Shown here: positions 37,401 through 49,400 of the stretch, in pieces
Position numbering within the stretch: position 1 is the first letter of the stretch
Layout of the letters: every line of letters starts with the position of its first letter
From: Bispira polyomma
Lineage: Eukaryota
DNA: 64,000 nt
Assembly: GCA_965649765.1 (NCBI GenBank)
Contig: OZ287758.1
Coordinates: 3,348,001-3,412,000 of the forward strand
Direction of reading: 5' to 3'
Notes under the pieces: model-generated
What the model saw: the letters and a program-made list of their open reading frames with translations, nothing else
Told to the model about the DNA's origin: nothing
The model's database searches: none
Program-made: the position numbers and the translations under genes

Positions 37401-40400
37401 TGATTCAATGACAATGACTCGTAGTAAGAATAAAGTAACTGAAGACCAACCAGAAGAAGTAGAAGCGGGTGGTGCTACTGGAGGTCTTGAGACGCAGCTA
37501 GACGCTGTTCTGAATGGGTTGACTGCCGTGACCGCGAGGCTAGATGCACAGGACAAGAGGCTTAACGAACAAGAAGAAAAGCTCGTGTTGAAGGAAGTGT
37601 CGGGAGCCTTGCCGTCGGCCCAGAATTCACCTAAGGATGAAAGAAGTGAGCTACCATCCCTTGGACTACTGAAGACGGACTCCCGAATCCAAGCTGAAGT
37701 CGACAAGAGATTAAGAGCCTATCAACACACCTCTAGACTTGAGAACAAAGGTAATAGTTCAGACAAAGTTATTAAATCAGGACGATTCAGGGCTGGTTCA
37801 CATGTTATAAAATGTACCATCGCATGGCCTCAAGACTTTTGTAGTTTACCTTCTGGTAGCACTAAGCAGCCTACTTATGATGACCTAAGTGCCCCTCAGC
37901 TCTTTCAAGGCTTATTGTTTTCAATATTGGAGGAAACTAACGCTCAACGTAAACAAAACATGCTCGTTTATTACACGAATTTAATGCAGGACGACAGAGC
38001 TGTCTCTTCCAACCGCTAAAAAAGCACATGCTATAGTTTTGACGGAGATAGAGAAGGGAAAGATCAGTTGGGATCAAGTAGAGCTAATTGATAAGGTTAG
38101 GGCTAGAGCCACACAAAGATTGGCTACCCCCCAGACTTATGCCACAAAACAATCTGGTGGTACCAATGATAGTAGTAAAACAGAAATCTGTAGGTTTTTT
38201 AACAAAAACATGTGCAAGTTTCAGGCGGACCATGTTAAAGATGGTGTCATGTATAGTCATGCTTGTTCATTCTGCTTTAAAACAGTAGGAAGAAAGATTG
38301 AGCATAGGGCCATTAATTGCATGCGACAAAAGAAGGTAGTCACAGTGCAGACAAGCCCGCGCAACAGGTTTAATATTGTCACTCGGCCTACTTCTCAAAT
38401 AATGTCAAATAATGCATTTAACAGAACCCAGGCCATTAATGGTGTAACAGTTTATAGTGAAGTACTAAATGTAAATGTTGACGACTATGATAAAGTCATA
38501 TGTAGTGAAATGAACACATGTGATAAAAATCAACTAAGCGTTAATAAAATAGAACAAAATAGTATAAGTAGAAAATGTAGTAAACGACAGTATGTGAAAG
38601 GTAAAGTAACCTATATCAATACTAATGACCATACTATGTACAGTGCTGGCAGTAAATGTCATAATGTATTATGCAGCTGTTATACACAGCCACGTGGGAT
38701 CAATAATATTGCTCAAGTGGGGTGCAAACAGGGCGAATGTGGAATGTGTATGAATGTCGTTTGTAGCTGCTATGTGCAGCCACGTGCGTGGGGCAAATGC
38801 CACGTGGGGCACATGCAGGGCGCATGTAAAAATTGCATGTATGACAAGAGCACAAATAACCATGAAATACTTAGGCCTAATAATAATGTTTTGAGGACTC
38901 AGTGCGTCTGTAGAAATACAGAGGTCTCATACATGCTGTATAGAGACTTAACTGATGAAAAACACGTGTGTAGTCAAGACAATTATGACAGCACAAACAA
39001 AAGCAATAACATAGTTCATACAAGTATTGATATTTGCAAACATGATAACTCCAGCCAAAATGGCAATATTGAAACAGTAGTACATAATCACAATGAACAC
39101 GCCACAGCTTCATTTATCTATGATAATGATCAGGTTCACGTTGTTTCTAACACGGGGGTTTTGGCCATGTGTCGAAATGAATATATAGGTCATACACGTG
39201 TTAATATGGGTAATAATGCTAGCTCCAGCCAAAAGAGTAATATTGAAACAACAGTTGGAAATTACCAGGAACACGCTGGGGCTACATTCACCTATAATAC
39301 TGATCAAGTGCATATTGTTTCATATACTGGGGTTTTGTGTCAAAATAAATGTTCTGAGGAAACACAACAACAAAATTTCCTTATGACCAGTTTTAATGAA
39401 AGTGTTATAATGGGAAGTATACAACTTCCACAAACATGTAATAATACACGTAGCAACTATAATGCACTCGAGTATACTTCACTTACAGCTCAAACTACAA
39501 CGGGAAGTATAAAACTTCCACAGGGATGTAAAAATACACCTAGCGATTACAATGCACTCGTGTATACTTCATTTACAGCTCAAACCACAACGTGCACAAT
39601 GTCAGCACACGTTCACATTCAGGGCCACACGGCCTACAACTCTAGTAGTATAAGTAACAAAGTTTTTAGTCAGGAAACAAGTTTATTGGTGTATACCACT
39701 ACTCATAGTAATGTGGTTTGTACAGGAACAATTTTTAACACAACTGCTTTTAGTGATTGCACAGATCAACTTGATGGCAATGGTTTTAGTGGAATAAATA
39801 TGTGTAATGATACAAGTGCATTATGCACTTTAGGACAGGATTTTACGGGGAACATAAGGGACACATACAGTTATAATAATATATACTCGTACACAACACG
39901 TCCCTCTTCTGCTGAGCTGGAATTGCAAACCAGTGATATTACAAAAAAGTCAATGGAAGTTGCCATTATTAGCAGCAACCTTACAGTAAATCTCAACATG
40001 GAACATGTAAATAATATACAGAAAAAGGACACTGGTATTGGTTCCACTAGCAGTAATAGGGATGTTTCAGTGGTTTATGGTTTTAATTGGTTGCAAAAAC
40101 CTCATCACATAACGTGTTCTGAATATAACGTCCTACAGTATGACAATTTACAAGAGTGGGTTATCAAGGCTCATAATGCTGTTAAAAGTACAAATATACC
40201 AAACTATAAAGGGGCCAGATTGTTAGTCCCCTCACAATTAAAAATTCGGGAGTGGAGGTCGTTATTTAAAAATTATAAATATAACATAATTTGCGACTTT
40301 ATCGCGTATGGCTTTCCACTTGACATGGATTACAGCAGTTTTGTGTATAACACTCATATCACAAACCATAAATCTGCTTCCCTAGCAATAGAAGGGGTTG

Positions 40401-43400
40401 ACACTTATTTTAGCACAGAAATCAAATATGAAGCTATTGTGGGACCTTATAAGGAATATCCTTTTACAAAAACACACGTTTCACCTATTATGGCACGACC
40501 AAAATTAGATGGCTCTACTCGAGTCATTATTGATCTTTCCTGGCCACATGGGGCCTCTGTCAATGATAGTGTCACTAAGGATGTATATATGGGCATTGGT
40601 TACAAGTTAACTTACCCCACAGTTGATAATATTGTAAAACGTATTATCCAGGTGGGCGACAATGCACTAATTTACAAGGTTGATCTAAAGCGCGCGTTCA
40701 GAAATATGCGTATTGACCCTTTAGATTACCCTGTATTAGGTTTACATTGGAAAAATAAGCAGTATGTGGATATTGCCTTGCCCTTTGGATTTCGGACGGG
40801 ATCCGGAATTTGCCAGCCAATTACCAATAGTATTAGACACTTAATGAAAACACAGAATCACTGGCTCGTCAACTACATCAACGATTTCATTGGTGTAGAG
40901 GATCCTGCGTATGCGCAGGGCGCATACAACGCTTTATTAACTTTATTAGAAAAACTTGGTCTTCCCATTAGTGCATCAAAACTTGAAAGTCCAAAGAACG
41001 AAGTTACATGTATGGGCATCAATATTAATGTAACAGAAGGGAAATTAACTATTCCCCAGGAAAAAATTAGGCAAGTAAAACAAATGTGCCAGCAATGGGC
41101 CTATAAAAGTACAGCTACTAAAAATCAGCTGCAGAAATTAACTGGTAAACTTTTATATATACACAGATGTGTGAAACCTGCGAGACTTTTTGTCAACCGT
41201 ATCTTGCAAACCCTTAGGGCTGCTCCCGCAAAAGGCACCATTAATCTTGCAACAGAATTTCATCGTGACATCAACTGGTTCAACAGTTTTCCAGATATAT
41301 TTAATGGTTCAGTCGAAATACACAGGGAAAGTAGCCGTGTAACTGACAATATATTTGTGGATGCATCACTTTTTGCAGTCGGGGCTAAATTTAACCAGGA
41401 AGTTTACACGCTCAATATCCCTCAACATTTTCGTAACTATTTAACCATAGTGCATTTCGAAATGGCAAATATTGTCCTAGCACTAAGAAACTGGGCTTCC
41501 AGCCTTAGTAAGAGATGGGTTACCATCTGGTGCGACAACCTTGCAGTGGTTAACGTGCTTAATTTTCACAGAACTAAAGACCCATTTTTAATGGCATCTG
41601 CTAGAACTGTTTGGTTAATAATGGCCTCATATGATATCAATATAACCTTTAAACATATAAAAGGAGAAGATAATACTTATGCAGACATTCTATCTAGATG
41701 GCCTAATTACAATATGAATACTAACAATTCATATGTTAGAGTCTTATACCAATGTCAATGGTGTAAGCCACAGGAAAAATGGTTGGAGCCAAATTGGCTC
41801 ATATGATTCAAAATTAATTTTAGCCTTGAAGTAAAATAAAATGTCTTGTAAAAATTTAAATAGAATTTAAAAAATTAAATTTAATAAAAAGAAAATTAAT
41901 TTAAAATATTTTCTTTCTTTTCTACTGGTTACTTCAAAGCTCCCATGTAACTGTTCATGTTAAAAATTAGAATGTCAGTGCCTGCATAAGCATAATATTC
42001 ATGTAACCGCCTGTCCTGTTGTCTGAACTATACAGTTCTCTAGACAACAGGCGGCAGTGATACAACATACTGCTCTCGTCTGTTGTCTATTGTAGAGAAC
42101 CACCTCTTGGATGTGCTGGTATCCTCGGCTGACAGAAGGATTGCGTCTGCCCTGCGTCCCAGAACCTCCTCTGCCTATGCTGCTAGGTTTCGACAGTTTG
42201 TTGCCTTCCTGGTGGCGCTGAACATTGACACTCCACACCATGAACTTGCAATACTTTCCTACATGGAATTTTTATGTAGAAATGGTCTTAGAGCCTCTTC
42301 CTTGAACAATGTTTTAGCAGTTTTAAATCATTACTTCAGCTTATATCAGTGGCCTAATGGGGGGCTTAAGACTAAAAAAGTGCAGCTACTTGTGAGATCA
42401 GTCAGAGCTAATGCTCCATTGTTAATGAAAATTAAAGGTGTTATCTCAGTTGAGATGTTAAAAAGAATAGTCAACAAGGTCAAGACTCTTGAAAATGCTC
42501 CTGTATTTCATGCTTTATTTATGGTAGCTTTCTTTGGTTTTTTCCGCCTGGCATCTCTGGTGTCTCCAGTAATGTCGTCATATGATAAGTCAATGTTGCC
42601 AGTGGTAGCTGACGTGATCTTTTGGTTCCCCAGGTTTGCATGTAATTAGTAAGCATGCCAAGAACATGCAGCGATCAGGTCCAACTTCCTGAGCTTCCGG
42701 GCTCTGAACTTTGCCCAGTTATGGCTATAAGAAATATGTTAAGTTTTTAAAAATCACAAAGAGTCAACCTTTGTTTCAAATATTTGTTAACAAGAAACTT
42801 GTGATCCTATCAGCTACAAAAGTCAGAAAGGTTTTCAAAACTTTGATTGTAGATTTAGGCTTACAGCCCACAGAATTCGGCTTTCATGCTTTTAGGCGCA
42901 GTGGCGCCTCCCTTGCTTTTAACAATAATATGCCCCTTGATAAGCTTCAAGTACATGGTAATTGGAGGAGTGATGCCATTTGGGCACACCTCAACTCCAC
43001 TCCCAAGGCAGCAAGTGCTGTCCCACAAGCATTTAAACAAATCCTACTACAACATTAAAACTTTTTTGGGTTTGGCACTTTTAAAAACTAAACAAATATC
43101 TCAAGGCAACCCCACAGAGGGATACAAAATGCATTAATTGAATATTTGTAAGGTTAAATATTTTAAGGTGTAGATAAGTCTAGGTACACTTCATAGTAAG
43201 TTTCCTGAAATAAGATACTCACCTTAATTTAGTTTGGGCTTCTTAAGCTTAGGTTCAGCTTACCTACTAATTAACGGGGTAGAAGTATAGCTCACCTCCA
43301 GGTCAGGTTGCAGATAGCTAACCGTAAGCACAGGTTATGGTAGTCGTAATTAATACAGACTCAAGATAAGGTAACCTTAAGTTGACCTCTACTGTTGTGT

Positions 43401-46400
43401 AAATAGTGTGTTAACTAATTTTGTTATAGTAGTACTAACGTTGATGTAATTGTTAGTGTCTTCCCAAATAGTGTTTTAAATAAAGTTGTTGATTGAAATT
43501 GTGTGTTTTGCATATGTCTTCGCAATCCATACTACTTGATCTTATGGACTGATGATCCTAATACAAACTTAACTGACTGTCATTAAAATTATCAGTGTAG
43601 ATGATTTTGACATTTTATATAATTGTAATCTTAGACTAGCTTTCACTTCCTTACAGAACTGCCTTGTTGATGTACAACACTGGATGGCAGCAAATAAACT
43701 CAAGCTGAACCCTGAGAAGACTGAGTTTATTTTGTTTGGCTCCAAGTCGCAACGGGAAAAATTGTCCAGCTGTTTTCCACTTGACATTCTTGGCAGCAGG
43801 TTTTTTCCAGCTGACTAAGTACGAAACCTGGGTGTGGTGTTCGACTCTGAATTTTCCTTCTCGAACCATGTCGCATCGGTGTGTAGATCATGTTTTGTTG
43901 GCCTCCGTGATTTCAGGCGGATTCGACGCTATCTTTCAAAATCCACTGCAATCACTGTTGCCAATGCTTTGGTCAGCAGCAGGCTTGATTACTGCAACTC
44001 TCTGTTCCGTTCCTTATCTCGTAGTGATCTCAGACGCCTTCAGAATATCCAACACTCATTGGCACATATTGTGACCAAAACATCTAAATTTTCCCACATT
44101 ACTCCTGTACTCAAGTCACTGCACTGGCTCGCAATAAAATATCGTGTTGCTTTCAAAACAGCAACAATGATATATAAATTTCTAAATTCTGGATTACCCA
44201 CTTATTTTAGCCCCCATCTATCCAAATATACATGCTCAGTCAGGACTAGGTGCAGTAATCCTGATAAATTATACCTTAACATTCCCACTTTCGACCCTCG
44301 CATCCACAAATCCAAAGTTCAGTTCAATCACTGCCTAGCTCATGATGGCCCCCTCATTTGGAACAGCCTACCTGATCATGTTCGCCTGGCTCAAACTTTC
44401 TCCTCTTTCAGGAGTAAGCTGAAGACCTATCTTTTTGAACAGGCTTTTCTACCTTAGCTGTCGCAACCATTTACGGTAGTCTTCCTGGTTACGACTTCCA
44501 TCCGCCCACTATTTTTGATTTTCGATTAACGTTTTGGGTTTGTTGCGCCTTAGAATTTGTTGTACAAAGATTAAGCGCTATAAAAGTACGACTAGATTAG
44601 ATTAGATTAGTCCTTTTTAGGCTCTAAATCCTCTCTTTAGAACTTAAAGCAGTTCAGATACTTTTGACCTTGACTTTACGTCCTTGAAATATCATTGAAT
44701 AAGCCTGAGGTTGGGAAGAATTAATTTTAATTCTATGTTAATACTGCAATATTTACAAACTAAGAACAAAAGGCCACCTTAGTGATTGCAATGATAAACT
44801 TGGTGAGTTTAAGATAACCTGAGCTTAAGTCTTGCTTGCTTTACTTTGAGGTTACCTCAACTTGAGTAAAGTTATGAAGTTTAAGGTCACCCGAGCTTAA
44901 GGCTCGCTTGCATTACCTTGATGTTACCTCAAGTTGAGTTTAAGCTTTAAACTGTACCAAAATTTTGCATGCATAATGATTATTTTTATGTTAATTTTTT
45001 AATTGGAATGTATGATATGAAGACATCCACTTATTTTGAAACATTGAAGAACAATTTCTAGTTTATCATGGGAAGTCAATGAGGGTTGTAACTTAAAATT
45101 TTTGAAAAAAATTTATGCTATTATTATTTATACAGTACAAAGTATATGTATAATCCCGCATACACATAAATTAATAAATTTCATTAAAAGAATGTATAAA
45201 CTTTTTTATGTGCATATTTTAACATTAATTTCATGTAAAAATGACTTTGATCCTTAAACATAAATGAGATGTGTAAAACTAAACTGTTATACTTGTATCA
45301 GATATTAATTAATTTCATTAGAAGAATCCATGAACCAATTTATGTGCATATTGTTACTTTAATGTCATGAGAAAATGACTTTTATCCCTTACACATATAC
45401 ACTGAATTTGGTTCAGTGAATATGTGTAACAACTACCTAATAATATCTGAGAATATGCATATTCTCTGGAAATTATAGGGAATACACGTATTCTCTGACC
45501 AAAACAGAGAATACGCATATTCACTGTAACATATATACAGTAGAGTAAGGAATCTAACATTTGCCACTGTATCTGCAAATTGGTCACCAACAAAATGGTG
45601 TGTTTTTTTGTAGAATAGTGGGAAATATTGGCCTAAATTCAGATTTTTTACGACAATTTTGCATGACTGGCCTAAATTGCAGTTAGTTTTCGCCAGTTTA
45701 TATTTATTTGGCTAAAATTTTAGGGGTGGCGAATTTCAGGTAAAGTGGCTAATTTTAGATTTTTTTACTCTAGAATCTCGATTAGCTAAACATCTATTAA
45801 TATATTGTCTGAATATTTCAATTTAGGAACTCAGTTTGACTCTTCTTAAATTCTCTTCGAATCACCTTAATTATCTTTTGACGGTTAAATGGATTTATTA
45901 ACACCTTTGCCACTGGTGGAGAGTAATTTCCAGTAAATTTTGATTTACCTTGTAACTTTTTGCTAAAATGACTATTTTACCATCTAAGTGAGCATGCTAG
46001 TTCACTAGAATTCTGAGTAAGTTTCTTTCTCCAAAGTAAGTCAGTTTTTTTCATGATACTACCACTTAGATCTGAGTAATGCTGTGGTCACACTGAGCAC
46101 GTTTGCGTTACGTTTAAAATTCTGTAAGCATAAGAAAACGGAAAGTAAAGAAGTTTCGGGGAAACGTAGCAAAAAATTAATATATGGGCTGTTTTGTACA
46201 CATTTGTACATGCATTTAACACGTTTTATTAGCCGTTTCAATTATGTTTGTATCGTTAGCCATGTTTTAAGAGATGTTAGCCCCTTTTCTAAACCCCTTT
46301 CGTTCTCCTTGTTTTAAATATTATTTTGATCATCTTACTCAAGCATGCTTACGTTTACTTAAGTACACTACGCTCACTACACAAATGCTTACGTTTCACC

Positions 46401-49400
46401 TTACCTTTAGCCATTTTTTGTACGTAATCGAAACGTAAGCCTAGTGTGACCATGGCATAAGGGGGTAAAAGAAATCAAGAGAATACTTGAAATATAAGTT
46501 ACGAATGTAACTTAACTTGTTTGTGAATATTGCCCTTTATCCTTCCTTCCATAACCGGTTAAAGAATAGTCCAACTTCAGCTGTACCTTTCAGTAGATGT
46601 GGAACGGTACCAGTTTTTGTATGTCGATATCCCGACAATGCAAAACCGTTCCCAAAATTTATTGTTTCTACTATCTCCCCAAATGAATGCAGCCTGTTAC
46701 AGGAAGTGGAGTTTTGACAAACAAAACAAACACGCTTCCACTCAATGAAATCGCAAATAAAAGTTCTAAGTCTACAAAAATGTGGCATGATAGGTTATAT
46801 TTTCTGAATATATGGTATCTGTCTATTTAATTTAAGGTTTTCCTGCCATTTTATGTAGATTGTCTCGAAACACCGGTAGCAATATTTACTTTAAATTCAG
46901 CAAGTGTTTTTGTCTCGATACCGAGATACCGACAGTAATGGCGCATCTCTACCTTCAAGGGAGATTTTGATGGAGAATTCAGGGTCTAGTATTTACAAAA
47001 GGTCTTTGCCTTAAGTGCTAGAATTACGTCTTGGATTTTGGCCGAAATGGTTAACATTTTGGTCCTGTAAGCCCCAGTGACATCAAGAAAAGATCTTTGG
47101 TTTAGTGTTAACATTGCACTTATCACTAATACTAACAATAGACAGTCTTAACTATTTTGGACATACATGTTAAGCCTAACATTAAGTTAAGAGTATGCAA
47201 ATGCAATTAAGGTTGTAAAAGGGGAAAGAAATGGATTCAAAATGTATTTCAAAAGTAAATTTCAAATATATTTACCAAAGTATTTAAATACAAATACAAT
47301 GCCTTTTTCATAAATGTATATAAATACAAATACTTTAAAAAAAAACAAAAAGTATTTTACTAATTCAAATACATAAAGTTTATGTATTTGACTCCAGATT
47401 TGGTTAAGACAAAGACCTTTTGTGAATAACTAACTAAAACACTCACCTGTAGCCCAGACGTGTGGCTTGGTCCACAAAGTGCAGTAGGTAACTCTCTTGA
47501 CTACTTCCTGTTAAGGTACAATAGTAGATTGAATTAGTGCCAATATAGCTTTGTAATTTTGCACAGGGGTTTATAATTTGGCCTAGCTAAAAACAATGCA
47601 TGCTCTCTCTCTATATATATATCTGGATTTCAAGAAAATTTTACTTGTAATTTATAAATTATAATGTCGGGTTTGACTTTAACTTTGGTCAGAAATCTGA
47701 CTTTTAAATAAGGTTTTCTACCTTTTTATATGTCCCTGCTTTGCAATCTCTGGCCTCTCAACAATAAAGGTTCAAATCCTATTTGTTCCTTTATATGGTA
47801 ATATGACCATCGTGATATGACCTTGTGGTAATCATTGCGATATGAAAGCGACATAAAAACTCGACTAAATTGAAATAAAATAAAAATAAAACACGTGCTA
47901 GGCTTAAAAAATTGTAAGTCTCCACGATATCAGAATTTCAAAACTGTAATCACGATACCTCAAATTTGTACCCTTTTCTCGATGATGCTATAATAATATC
48001 ACAATTTACAACAACATCATTACATCAAACATCATTACTATTGTACTATATGTGGGAGAAACAGGGAGGGACTTACCGGTAAGTCCAGGTAATAGTACGA
48101 CGGTGGGGCGGCTCACGCTATCCCTGTACAGGGGACTATCCTCGTTCTCCACCCAATCCAAGGCCACATGACCTCCGTCTTCCATCGGCAGGAATTCCCT
48201 AAGAGAAAATGACATGTCAGACATCTTTTTTTTGAAGTCGAAGGTTCTGTGTCATATCATGACAGCTTTGGATATGACATCTTTTTTCAAAGGAAATGTA
48301 TGTCATTACTGCCCTCTATGTCGATGTGGGGCCGCGGTGGCCTAGTGGTTAGCAAGCATTGCGCTTCACAATCTCTGGTCTCTCACCTCTGGGCGGTGTG
48401 AGTTCGAATCCTGTCGATGCCTATGTGGGAAAGGTGGTAGTTCCTTACTGTGGGCCGCTGGTTTCAGTGCAAAACCTTGATCAACTGTATGCAGTGTTTC
48501 CTCCAGCATTTCCAACTACCCGTCCTAATATAACCTAAACAGGTACTAGAGTGGACGTTAAATATCCCAATTCAAATCAAATCTATGACGATGTTGGCTA
48601 TGACAAGCCACAAAACACCACGGCTGCACACTAATACTAAAATAACTAGAAAACGGTTTTTAATAACAAAAACGAAGCGTCCCTAAAGTTGAAATAATAA
48701 TGAAATTGTTTAGTGTACAAGGTTTGATATTATTTAAAAGTTGACATATAAGCAGAATCAGCACTTTTGGTGAATATAAGCTCGAAAAGGATCACCATTT
48801 CCGAGATAACAGACGTTTTCTAAAAAGACGCAGAAATTGAAGATGGTTGCCCAAATCAAAAATTACTTAAAAAATTTACATAAAAGGAAAATCAGCCCTA
48901 TGAGTCGAAAAGGAGCTTGAAATTGCTCTATCTAGCACTGTTTTTGAGATAAAGGACATTTTCGAAAAAGACGCAAAAATTCAAGATGGCCGCCAAAATG
49001 TAACATTTTTTTAAAAGTTTAAATATAAGCAAAATCAACCCTGTGGATCGAAAATGAGCTCGAAATCAGTCTATCTAGCACCGTTTCCGAGATAAATGAC
49101 ATTTTCGAAAAAGACGCAGAAATTCAAGATGGCCGACAAAATTAAAAATTTTAAAAAAGTTTACATATAATTAAAATCAACCCTGTGGGTCAAAAATGAG
49201 CTCGAAATCGCTCTATCTAGCACCGTTTCCGAGATAATGGACATTTAAAAAAAAAACTTGTTAAAATCGTTTTATATCAGTAACGATCGCATATTTTTGG
49301 ATGGGGTAAAAAATAAGTAAAAATTCAGGCTATTCTTTAAAAGTTACGCGCTGCATGTACTAGTCTAAAATTAAAAATAAAAAAAATCCTCACAAGCTCA

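Larger units (their letters stand above)
37000..43520 (+). mobile_element. Tyrosine-recombinase retrotransposon (DIRS order, Ngaro-like), decayed, in ABHD intron 4
   Basis: gag-like ORF with Cys/His finger, RT, RNase H and YR in tandem; no methyltransferase domain seen; TATA at 37237, AATAAA ~43479; boundaries approximate. Confidence 0.88.

Noticed and set aside
42083-43058. Phage integrase suggesting a prophage or bacterial contamination
   Set aside because: It follows gag-RT-RNase H inside a spliceosomal intron, so it is the YR of a DIRS-order retrotransposon
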